Positions 45,001 through 57,053 of a stretch of 64,000 nucleotides of DNA are shown piece after piece. A program made the position numbers and the translations under genes. Source of the DNA: Antedon mediterranea (lineage: Eukaryota; Animalia; Echinodermata); assembly GCF_964355755.1 (NCBI RefSeq), contig NC_092670.1, positions 28,260,388 through 28,324,387 of the forward strand, read 5' to 3'. How positions within the stretch are numbered: the stretch's first letter is position 1; every line of letters starts with the position of its first letter. The notes beneath the pieces were generated by a model. It searched no databases. It was not told where the DNA came from and saw nothing but the letters and a program-made list of their open reading frames with translations.

Positions 45001-48000
45001 AAGCACTTTGGTGTTTTTATGGTAACGAGTTTTTTTGAATATCACAAAATGGTCTAAAATGTCTCCAAATGCGATTTGAAGCTTTTCTAAGCACTTTGGT
45101 GTTTTTATGTTTACAAGTTTTTTCGAAAATCACAAAATGGTCTAAAACGGCTCCAAATGCGATTTGAAGCTATTTTAAGCACTTTGGTGTTTTTGTGTAA
45201 CCAAGTTTTTTCGAAAATCACAAAAGGGTCTAAAATGTCTCAAAATGCGATTTGAAGCTATTCTGTACACTTTGATGTTTTTATGTTAACAAGTTTTTCG
45301 AAAGTCACAAAATGGTCTAAAACGTCTCCAAATGCGATTTGAAGCTATTCTAAGCACTTTGGTGTTTTTATGTTAACAAGTTTTTTCGAAAATCACAAAA
45401 TGCTCTAAAACGTCTCCAAATGCGATTTGAAGCTATTCTGTACACTTTACTGTTTTTTGTGAATAATTTTTGTCGAAATGCTCAAAATGGTCAAAAACGT
45501 TTTTAAATACGATATTAAGCTATTTTGTGCTCTTTGATGTTTTTGTGTGAAAAGTTTTATCGAAATGCTCAAAATGTTCTAAAACGGTTTCTAATGTGAT
45601 TTTAAGCACTTTGATGTTTTTATGTTAACGATTTTTTTCGAAAATCACAAAATGGTCTAAAATGTCTCCAAATGCGATTTCAAGCTATTCTTAGCACTTT
45701 GGTGTTTTTATGTTAACAAGTTTTTTCGAAAATCACAAAATGGTCTAAAACGTCTCCAAATGCGATTTTAAGCTATTCTAAGCAATTTGGTGTTTTTATG
45801 TTAACAAGTTTTTTCGAAAATCACAAAATGGTCTAAAACGTCTCCAAATGCGATTTGAAGCTTTTCTAAGCTTACTTTGGTGTTTTTATGTTTAGGAGTT
45901 TTTTCGAAAATCACAAAATGGTCTAAAACGTCTCCAAATTCGATTTGAAGCTATTCTAAGCACTTTGGTGTTTTTATGTTAACAACTTTTTTAGAAAATC
46001 ACAAAATGGTCTAAAACGGTTTCTAATGTGATTTTAAGCACTTTGATGTTTTTATGTTAACAACTTCTTTAGAAAATCACAAAATGGTCTAAAACGTCTC
46101 CAAATGCGATTTGAAGCAATTCTAAGCACTTTGGTGTTTTTATGGTAACGAGTTTTTTTGAATATCACAAAATGGTCTAAAATGTCTCCAAATGCGATTT
46201 GAAGCTTTTCTAAGCACTTTGGTGTTTTTATGTTTACAAGTTTTTTTTGAAAATCACAAAATGGTCTAAAACGGCTCCAAATGCGATTTTTAAGCTATTC
46301 TAAGCACTTTGGTGTTTTTATGTTAACAAGTTTTTTCGAAAATCACAAAATGGTCTGAAACGTCTCCAAATGCGATTTGAAGCTATTCTAAGCAATTTGG
46401 TGTTTTTATGTTAACAAGTTTTTTCGAAAATCACAAAATGGTCTAAAACGTCTCCAAATGCGATTTGAAGCTATTCTAAGCACTTTGGTGTTTTTATGTT
46501 AACAACTTTTTTAGAAAATCACAAAATGGTCTAAAACGGTTTCTAATGTGATTTTAAGCACTTTGATGTTTTTATGTTAACAACTTTTTTAGAAAATCAC
46601 AAAATGGTCTAAAACGTCTCCAAATGCGATTTGAAGCAATTCTAAGCACTTTGGTGTTTTTATGGTAACGAGTTTTTTTGAATATCACAAAATGGTCTAA
46701 AATGTCTCCAAATGCGATTTGAAGCTTTTCTAAGGACTTTGGTGTTTTTATGTTTACAAGTTTTTTCGAAAATCACAAAATGGTCTAAAACGGCTCCAAA
46801 TGCGATTTGAAGCTATTTTAAGCACTTTGGTGTTTTTGTGTAACCAAGTTTTTTCGAAAATCACAAAAGGGTCTAAAATGTCTCAAAATGCGATTTGAAG
46901 CTATTCTGTACACTTTGATGTTTTTATGTTAACAAGTTTTTCGAAAGTCACAAAATGGTCTAAAACGTCTCCAAATGCGATTTGAAGCTATTCTGTACAC
47001 TTTACTGTTTTTTGTGAATAATTTTTGTCGAAATGCTCAAAATGGTCAAAAACGTTTTTAAAAACGATATTAAGCTACAACTAAGCTATTCTAAGCACTT
47101 TGGTGTTTTTATGTTAACAACTTTTTTAGAAAATCACAAAATGGTCTAAAACGGTTTCTAATGTGATTTTAAGCACTTTGATGTTTTTATGTTAACAACT
47201 TTTTTAGAAAATCACAAAATGGTCTAAAACGGTTTCTAATGTGATTTTAAGCACTTTGATGTTTTTATGTTAACAACTTTTTTAGAAAATCACAAAATGG
47301 TCTAAAACGTCTCCAAATGCGATTTGAAGCAATTCTAAGCACTTTGGTGTTTTTATGGTAACGAGTTTTTTTGAATATCACAAAATGGTCTAAAATGTCT
47401 CCAAATGCGATTTGAAGCTTTTCTAAGCACTTTGGTGTTTTTATGTTTACAAGTTTTTTTCGAAAATCACAAAATGGTCTAAAACGGCTCCAAATGCGAT
47501 TTGAAGCTATTCTAAGCACTTTGGTGTTTTTATGTTAACAAGTTTTTTCGAAAATCACAAAATGGTCTAAAATGTCTCCAAATGCGATTTGAAGCTTTTC
47601 TAAGCACTTTGGTGTTTTTATGTTTACAAGTTTTTTCGAAAATCACAAAATGGTCTAAAACGGCTCCAAATGCGATTTGAGGCTATTTTAAGCACTTTGG
47701 TGTTTTTGTGTAACCAAGTTTTTTCGAAAATCACAAAAGGGTCTAAAATGTCTCAAAATGCGATTTGAAGCTATTCTGTACACTTTGATGTTTTTATGTT
47801 AACAAGTTTTTCGAAAGTCACAAAATGGTCTAAAACGTCTCCAAATGCGATTTGAAGCTATTCTAAGCACTTTGGTGTTTTTATGTTAACAAGTTTTTTC
47901 GAAAATCACAAAATGCTCTAAAACGTCTCCAAATGCGATTTGAAGCTATTCTGTACACTTTACTGTTTTTTGTGAATAATTTTTGTCGAAATGCTCAAAA

Positions 48001-51000
48001 TGGTCAAAAACGTTTTTAAATACGATATTAAGCTATTTTGTGCTCTTTGATGTTTTTGTGTGAAAAGTTTTATCGAAATGCTCAAAATGTTCTAAAACGG
48101 TTTCTAATGTGATTTTAAGCACTTTGATGTTTTTATGTTAACGAATTTTTTCGAAAATCACAAAATGGTCTAAAATGTCTCCAAATGCGATTTCAAGCTA
48201 TTCTTAGCACTTTGGTGTTTTTATGTTAACAAGTTTTTTCGAAAATCACAAAATGGTCTAAAACGTCTCCAAATGCGATTTTAAGCTATTCTAAGCAATT
48301 TGGTGTTTTTATGTTAACAAGTTTTTTCGAAAATCACAAAATGGTCTAAAACGTCTCCAAATGCGATTTGAAGCTTTTCTAAGCTTACTTTGGTGTTTTT
48401 ATGTTTAGGAGTTTTTTCGAAAATCACAAAATGGTCTAAAACGTCTCCAAATTCGATTTGAAGCTATTCTAAGCACTTTGGTGTTTTTATGTTAACAACT
48501 TTTTTAGAAAATCACAAAATGGTCTAAAACGGTTTCTAATGTGATTTTAAGCACTTTGATGTTTTTATGTTAACAACTTTTTTAGAAAATCACAAAATGG
48601 TCTAAAACGTCTCCAAATGCGATTTGAAGCAATTCTAAGCACTTTGGTGTTTTTATGGTAACGAGTTTTTTTGAATATCACAAAATGGTCTAAAATGTCT
48701 CCAAATGCGATTTGAAGATTTTCTAAGCACTTTGGTGTTTTTATGTTTACAAGTTTTTTTCGAAAATCACAAAATGGTCTAAAACGGCTCCAAATGCGAT
48801 TTGAAGCTATTCTAAGCACTTTGGTGTTTTTATGTTAACAAGTTTTTTCGAAAATCACAAAATGGTCTAAAACGTCTCCAAATGCGATTTGAAGCTATTC
48901 TGTACACTTTGCTGTTTTGTGTGAATAATTTTTGTCGAAATGCTCAAAATGGTCAAAAACGTTTTTAAAAACGATATTAAGCTATTTTGTGCTCTTTGAT
49001 GTTTTTGTGTGAAAAGTTTTATAGAAATGCTCAAAATGGTCTAAAACGGTTTCTAATGTGATTTTAAGCACTTTGATGTTTTTATGTTAACGAGTTTTTT
49101 CGAAAATCACAAAATGGTCTAAAATGTCTCCAAATGCGATTTCAAGCTATTCTTAGCACTTTGGTGTTTTTATGTTTACAAGTTTTTTCGAAAATCACAA
49201 AATGGTCTAAAACGTCGCCAAATGCGATTTGAAGCACTTTGGTGTTTTTATGGTAATTTATTTCGAAAATCACAAAATTGTCTAAAACATCTCCAAATGC
49301 GATTTTAAACTATTCTAAGCACTTTGGTGTTTTTATGTTAACAAGTTTTTTCGAAAATCACAAAATGGTCTAAAATGTCTCAAAATGCGATTTGAAGCTT
49401 TTCTAAGCACTTTGGTGTTTTTATGTTTACAAGTTTTTTCGAAAATCACAAAATGGTCTAAAACGTCTCCAAATGCGATTTTAAGCTATTCTAAGCAATT
49501 TGGTGTTTTTATGTTAACAAGTTTTTTCGAAAATCACAAAATGGTCGAAAATGTCACCAAATGCGATTTGAAGCTATTCTGTACACTTTGCTGTTTTGTG
49601 TGAATAATTTTTGTCGAAATGCTCAAAATGGTCAAAAACGTTTTTAAATACGATATTAAGCTATTTTGTGCTCTTTGATGTTTTTGTGTGAAAAGTTTTA
49701 TCGAAATGCTCAAAATGGTCTAAAACGGTTTCTAATGTGATTTTAAGCACTTTGATGTTTTTATGTTAACAACTTTTTTAGAAAATCACAAAATGGTCTA
49801 AAACGTCTCCAAATGCGATTTGAAGTAATTCTAAGCACTTTGGTGTTTTTATGGTAACGAGTTTTTTTGAATATCACAAAATGGTCTAAAATGTCTCCAA
49901 ATGCGATTTGAAGCTTTTCTAAGCACTTTAGTGTTTTTATGGTAACGAGTTATTTCGAAAATCACAAAATGGTCTAAAACGTCTCCAAATGCGATTTGAA
50001 GCTATTCTGTACACTTTGCTGTTTTGTGTGAATAATTTTTGTCAAAATTCTCAAAATGGTCAAAAACGTTTTTTAATACTATATTAAGCTATTTTGTGCT
50101 CTTTGATGTTTTTGTGTGAAAAGTTTTATCGAAATGCTCAAAATGGTCTAAAACGGTTTCTAATGTGATTTTAAGCACTTTGATGTTTTTATGTTAACAA
50201 CTTTTTTAGAAAATTACAAAATGGTGTAAAACGTCTCCAAATGCGATTTGAAGCTATTCTAAGCACTTTGGTGTTTTTATGGTAACGAGTTTTTTTGAAT
50301 ATCACAAAATGGTCTAAAATGTCTCCAAATGCGATTTGAAGCTTTTCTAAGCACTTTGGTGTTTTTATGTTAACAAGTTTTTTCGAAAATCACAAAATGG
50401 TCTAAAACGTCTCCAAATGTGATTTGAAGCTATTCTAAACACTTTGGTGTTTTTATGTTAACAAGTTTTTTCGAAAATCACAAATTGGTCTAAAACGTCT
50501 CCAAATGCGATTTGAAGCTATTTTAAGCACTTTGGTGTTTTTGTGTAACCAAGTTTTTTCGAAAATCACAAAAGGGTCTAAAATGTCTCAAAATGCGATT
50601 TGAAGCTATTCTGTACACTTTGATGTTTTTTTTGTTAACAAGTTTTTTCGAAAGTCACAAAATGGTCTAAAACGTCTCCAAATGCGATTTGAAGCTATTC
50701 TAAGCACTTTGGTGTTTTTATGTTAACAAGTTTTTTCGAAAATCACAAAATGGTGTAAAAGTCTCCAAATGCGATTTGAAGCTATTCTAAGCACTTTGGT
50801 GTTTTTATGTTAACAAGTTTTTTCGAAAATCACAAAATGGTGTAAAACGTCTCCAAATGCGATTTTAAGCTATTCTAAGCAATTTGGTGTTTTTATGTTA
50901 ACAAGTTTTTTCGAAAATCACAAAATGGTGTAAAACGTCTCCAAATGCGATTTTAAGCTATTCTAAGCAATTTGGTGTTTTTATGTTAACAAGTTTTTTC

Positions 51001-54000
51001 GAAAATCACAAAATGGTCTAAAACGTCTCCAAATGCGATTTGAAGCTATTCTGTACACTTTACTGTTTTTTGTGAATAATTTTTGTCGAAATGCTCAAAA
51101 TGGTCAAAAACGTTTTCAAATACGATATTAAGCTATTTTGTGCTCTTTGATGTTTTTGTGTGAAAAGTTTTATCGAAATGCTCAAAATGGTCTAAAACGG
51201 TTTCTAATGTGATTTTAAGCACTTTGATGTTTTTATGTTAACAACTTTTTTAGAAAATTACAAAATGGTGTAAAACGTCTCCAAATGCGATTTGAAGCTA
51301 TTCTAAGCACTTTGGTGTTTTTATGGTAACGAGTTTTTTTGAATATCACAAAATGGTCTAAAATGTCTCCAAATGCGATTTGAAGCTTTTCTAAGCACTT
51401 TGGTGTTTTTATGTTAACAAGTTTTTTCGAAAATCACAAAATGGTCTAAAACGTCTCCAAATGTGATTTGAAGCTATTCTAAACACTTTGGTGTTTTTAT
51501 GTTAACAAGTTTTTTCGAAAATCACAAATTGGTCTAAAACGTCTCCAAATGCGATTTGAAGCTATTTTAAGCACTTTGGTGTTTTTGTGTAACCAAGTTT
51601 TTTCGAAAATCACAAAAGGGTCTAAAATGTCTCAAAATGCGATTTGAAGCTATTCTGTACACTTTGATGTTTTTTTTGTTAACAAGTTTTTTCGAAAGTC
51701 ACAAAATGGTCTAAAACGTCTCCAAATGCGATTTGAAGCTATTCTAAGCACTTTGGTGTTTTTATGTTAACAAGTTTTTTCGAAAATCACAAAATGGTGT
51801 AAAAGTCTCCAAATGCGATTTGAAGCTATTCTAAGCACTTTGGTGTTTTTATGTTAACAAGTTTTTTCGAAAATCACAAAATGGTGTAAAACGTCTCCAA
51901 ATGCGATTTTAAGCTATTCTAAGCAATTTGGTGTTTTTATGTTAACAAGTTTTTTCGAAAATCACAAAATGGTGTAAAACGTCTCCAAATGCGATTTTAA
52001 GCTATTCTAAGCAATTTGGTGTTTTTATGTTAACAAGTTTTTTCGAAAATCACAAAATGGTCTAAAACGTCTCCAAATGCGATTTGAAGCTATTCTGTAC
52101 ACTTTACTGTTTTTTGTGAATAATTTTTGTCGAAATGCTCAAAATGGTCAAAAACGTTTTCAAATACGATATTAAGCTATTTTGTGCTCTTTGATGTTTT
52201 TGTGTGAAAAGTTTTATCGAAATGCTCAAAATGGTCTAAAACGGTTTCTAATGTGATTTTAAGCACTTTGATGTTTTTATGTTAACAACTTTTTTAGAAA
52301 ATTACAAAATGGTGTAAAACGTCTCCAAATGCGATTTGAAGCTATTCTAAGCAATTTGGTGTTTTTATGTTAACAAGTTTTTTCGAAAATCACAAAATGG
52401 TCTAAAACGTCTCCAAATGCGATTTGAAGCTATTCTAAGCACTTTTGTGTTTTTATGTTAACAAGTTTTTTCGAAAATCACAAAATGGTCTAAAATGTCT
52501 CCAAATGCAATTTTAAGGTATTCTAAGCACTTTGGGGTTTTTATGTTAACAAGTTTTTTCGAAAATCACAAAATGGTCTAAAACGTCTACAAATGCGATT
52601 TGAAGCTATTCTAAGCACTTTGGTGTTTTTATGTTAACAAGTTTTTTCGAAAATCACAAAATGGTATAAAACGTCTCCAAATGCGATTTGAAGATTTTCT
52701 AAGCACTTTGGTGTTTTTATGTTTACAAGTTTTTTCGAAAATCACAAAATGGTCTAAAACGTCTCCAAATGCGATTTTAAGGTATTCTAAGCACTTTGGT
52801 GTTTTTATGTTAACAAGTTTTTTCGAAAATCACAAAATGGTCTAAAACGTCTACAAATGCGATTTGAAGCTATTCTAAGCAATTTGGTGTTTTTATGTTA
52901 ACAAGTTTTTTCGAAAATCACAAAATGGTCGAAAATGTCACAAAATGCGATTTTAAGCTATTCTAAGCACTTTGTTGTTTTTATGTTAACAAGTTTTTTT
53001 CGAAAATCTCAAAATGGTCTAAAACGTCTCCAAATGCGATTTGAAGCTATTCTGTACACTTTGCTGTTTTGTGTGAATAATTGTTGTCGAAATGCTCAAA
53101 ATGGTCAAAAACGTTTTTAAATACGATATTAAGCTATTTTGTGCTCTTTGATGTTTTTGTGTGAAAAGTTTTATCGAAATGCTCAAAATGGTCTAAAACG
53201 GTTTCTAATGTGATTTTAAGCACTTTGGTGTTTTTATGTTAACAAGTTTTTTCGAAAATCACAAATTGGTCTAAAACGTCTCCAAATGCGATTTGAAGCT
53301 ATTTTAAGCACTTTGGTGTTTTTGTGTAACCAAGTTTTTTCGAAAATCACAAAAGGGTCTAAAATGTCTCAAAATGCGATTTGAAGCTATTCTGTACACT
53401 TTGATGTTTTTTTGTTAACAAGTTTTTTCGAAAGTCACAAAATGGTCTAAAACGTCTCCAAATGCGATTTGAAGCTATTCTAAGCACTTTGCTGTTTTGT
53501 GTGAATAATTTTTGTCGAAATGCTCAAAATGGTCAAAAACGTTTTTAAATACGATATTAAGCTATTTTGTGCTCTTTGATGTTTTTGTGTGAAAAGTTTT
53601 ATCGAAATGCTCAAAATGGTCTAAAACGGTTTCTAATGTGATTTTAAGCACTTTGATGTTTTTATGTTAACAACTTTTTTAGAAAATCACAAAATGGTCT
53701 AAAACGTCTCCAAATGCGATTTGAAGCAATTCTAAGCACTTTGGTGTTTTTATGGTAACGAGTTTTTTTGAATATCACAAAATGGTCGAAAATGTCACAA
53801 AATGCGATTTTAAGCTATTCTAAGCACTTTGTTGTTTTTATGTTAACAAGTTTTTTTCGAAAATCTCAAAATGGTCTAAAACGTCTCCAAATGCGATTTG
53901 AAGCTATTCTGTACACTTTGCTGTTTTGTGTGAATAATTGTTGTCGAAATGCTCAAAATGGTCAAAAACGTTTTTAAATACGATATTAAGCTATTTTGTG

Positions 54001-55512
54001 CTCTTTGATGTTTTTGTGTGAAAAGTTTTATCGAAATGCTCAAAATGGTCTAAAACGGTTTCTAATGTGATTTTAAGCACTTTGGTGTTTTTATGTTAAC
54101 AAGTTTTTTCGAAAATCACAAAATGGTCTAAAACGTCTCCAAATGTGATTTGAAGCTATTCTAAACAATTTGGTGTTTTTATGTTAACAAGTTTTTTCGA
54201 AAATCACAAATTGGTCTAAAACGTCTCCAAATGCGATTTGAAGCTATTTTAAGCACTTTGGTGTTTTTGTGTAACCAAGTTTTTTCGAAAATCACAAAAG
54301 GGTCAAAAACGTTTTTAAATACGATATTAAGCTATTTTGTGCTCTTTGATGTTTTTGTGTGAAAAGTTTTATCGAAATGCTCAAAATGGTCTAAAACGGT
54401 TTCTAATGTGATTTTAAGCACTTTGATGTTTTTATGTTAACAACTTTTTTAGAAAATCACAAAAGGTCTAAAACGTCTCCAAATGCGATTTGAAGCAATT
54501 CTAAGCACTTTGGTGTTTTTATGGTAACGAGTTTTTTTGAATATCACAAAATGGTCTAAAATGTCTCCAAATGCGATTTGAAGCTTTTCTAAGCACTTTG
54601 GTGTTTTTATGTTAACAAGTTTTTTCGAAAATCACAAAATGGTCTAAAACGTCTCCAAATGCGATTTGAAGCTATTCTGTACACTTTGCTGTTTTGTGTG
54701 AATAATTTTTGTCGAAATGCTCAAAATGGTCAAAAACGTTTTTAAATACGATATTAAGCTATTTTGTGCTCTTTGATGTTTTTGTGTGAAAAGTTTTATC
54801 GAAATGCTCAAAATGGTCTAAAACGGTTTCTAATGTGATTTTAAGCACTTTGATGTTTTTATGTTAACAACTTTTTTAGAAAATCACAAAATGGTCTAAA
54901 ACGTCTCCAAATGCGATTTGAAGCAATTCTAAGCACTTTGGTGTTTTTATGGTAACGAGTTTTTTTGAATATCACAAAATGGTCTAAAATGTCTCCAAAT
55001 GCGATTTGAAGCTTTTCTAAGCACTTTGGTGTTTTTATGGTAACGAGTTATTTCGAAAATCACAAAATGGTCTAAAACGTCTCCAAATGCGATTTGAAGC
55101 TATTCTGTACACTTTGCTGTTTTGTGTGAATAATTTTTGTCAAAATGCTCAAAATGGTCAAAAACGTTTTTAAATACTATATTAAGCTATTTTGTGCTCT
55201 TTGATGTTTTTGTGTGAAAAGTTTTATCGAAATGCTCAAAATGGTCTAAAACGGTTTCTAATGTGATTTTAAGCACTTTGATATTTTTATGTTAACAACT
55301 TTTTTAGAAAATTACAAAATGGTGTAAAACGTCTCCAAATGCGATTTGAAGCTATTCTAAGCACTTTGGTGTTTTTATGGTAACGAGTTTTTTTGAATAT
55401 CACAAAATGGTCTAAAATGTCTCCAAATTCGATTTGAAGCTTTTCTAAGCACTTTGGTGTTTTTATGTTAACAAGTTTTTTCGAAAATCACAAAATGGTC
55501 TAAAACGTCTCC
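1..55512 (+). repeat. 88-bp satellite DNA array (left arm) with variable-length higher-order repeat structure
   Basis: Consensus GAAAATCACAAAATGGTCTAAAACGTCTCCAAATGCGATTTGAAGCTATTCTAAGCACTTTGGTGTTTTTATGTTAACAAGTTTTTTC (88 bp; e.g. monomer starts at 187 and 275). It repeats head-to-tail without unique spacers. Recurrent variant monomers of 87 bp (GAAATGCTCAAAATGGTCAAAAACGTTTTT...) and 78 bp (...CGGTTTCTAATGTGATTTTAAGCAC...). The array runs off the window start. Confidence 0.98.
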
Positions 55513-55558
55513 CACAGCTGTTCCAAAAATATGAATTAAGTGCAGCGCCCCCAACGTT
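55513..55558 (+). repeat. Left (3') bipartite terminal inverted repeat: 14-bp TIR + 11-bp spacer + 21-bp inner box
   Basis: CACAGCTGTTCCAA (55513-55526), then AAGTGCAGCGCCCCCAACGTT (55538-55558). Confidence 0.85.
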
Positions 55559-56905
55559 TATAGCGTTTTATGGAGTAGCGATTCCGAAAACATATTGTAT
55601 ACAAACCACACGAGGAACCCGGAAGCAATCAAGCATAAAACGACTGTTTTTTAATAGCCAATAAAAACAAATAAAGACCGCGAAAGTCAGAAAAATAATG
55701 AATATTCATTAGAACAACCCTGGATGAAGGTGAAAAACATGTTGTCGTCGTTTTATCACGTGGATTTTAAGAGGTAATGCAATTGAAATTTGTACACCCA
55801 ACGCCAGTTTTTTTCTCAAGTGATACATTTAAAAAGTAGGTATAAATGTTGTTTTCCATATCAGTTTAAAAATAATTTTTTCTGTTGAATTCTTTGATTT
55901 AGTTGGATAGTTTAGTTATCCTTGAATGTTTTAACAAGGATCGTATTCATATTGCCTGGCCGGATTTTTTCCTATGCTAGCTTATAATAGGCTATGCCCA
56001 GGCCCCATTGCGTGGTTAAAACCAGCTGTGTAAGACTAAGACTAATGGCTGTTTATTATTAACACGTAAACATGTATATTCGGTGGGCCTGATTAATTAC
56101 TTGTTCCTGGTCCTAATTAAAAATTAGGCCTAGGCCTAAGCTTTTTTAATAATCATTCATATTGGGAGAGGAGTACAGAGTAGGCCAGGCTACAGGCCTA
56201 GCTAGGCCTATATATAGGCTAGGCTACATCATCAGCAGGTTAAAGGCTGGAAGCCTACCTAGCATGTCTTAGTCAAAGATCTGTAATATATTAATAGAAA
56301 GAAGCTATAGAGTACTGTGACATTAGATATTTAATCATAAATGCATATTTCTTTCATATTTGTATTGTATATTTATTATTTTGATATGCAATCACAATCT
56401 AAATCAGTAAATAACATCAATTTCCGTTATCAATAAATAATTATTAATATATAAACCAAATTAAAATAAAATAACTGTTTATTTTTAACACGTAAACATG
56501 TCTATTCGGGGGCCTGAGTGACAGTTGACCTGTTATAAAACTGATCAATTACTTGTTCCTGGTCCTAATTAAAAATTAGGCCTAGCCTAGGCCTAAGCTT
56601 TTTTAATAATCATTCATATTGGGAGAGAGGAGTACAGAGTAGGCCAGGTTACAGGCCTAGCTAGGCCTATACTATATATAGGCTAGGCTACATCATTAGC
56701 AGGTTAAAGGCTAGCAGCCTACCTAGCATGTCTTAGTCAAAGATCTGTAATATATTAATAGAAAGAAGCTATAGAGTACTGTGACATTAGATATTTAATC
56801 ATAAATGCATATTTCTTTCATATTTGTATTGTATATTTATTATTTTGATATGCAATCACAATCTAAATCAGTAAATAACATCAATTTCCGTTATCAATAA
56901 ATAAT

Positions 56906-57053
56906 CGCTGTGGCTAAAGATACGGTACCGTATTCTAACTTCTGTTTACTAAAGATACGGTAAAATTGCATTACGTCATAACCAGCCAATGGGGTGCTGG
57001 TACTTGTGTGACGTCATCGTATAAGGACTTTGTGGATTTTTTTTCATATCGCG
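56906..57053 (+). repeat. Left TIR of nested element
   Basis: CGCTGTGGCTAAAGATACGGTACCGTATTCTAAC...CATATCGCG; the reverse complement of 57549-57696. Confidence 0.93.
56971..57026 (+). promoter_or_regulatory. Promoter-like motif cluster within the MULE TIR (mirrored in the right TIR)
   Basis: TTACGTCA (56971-56978), AGCCAATG CCAAT box (~56984-56991), perfect CRE TGACGTCA (57009-57016) and TATAAG (57020-57025). Motif match only, no functional data. Confidence 0.4.

Noticed and set aside
44322-48819. Three near-identical 84-aa minus-strand ORFs
   Set aside because: Chance open frames across three satellite monomers, repeated because the DNA block is duplicated. The peptide simply cycles through the monomer's frames.
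49385-53977. Plus-strand ORFs 49385..49603, 52935..53120 and 53768..53977
   Set aside because: Pure satellite translations with no coding signal.
1-55512. CRISPR array interpretation of the regular repeats
   Set aside because: There are no unique spacers: the entire 88-bp unit repeats, and no cas genes are present. The context (spliceosomal-type introns, TIR elements) is eukaryotic.
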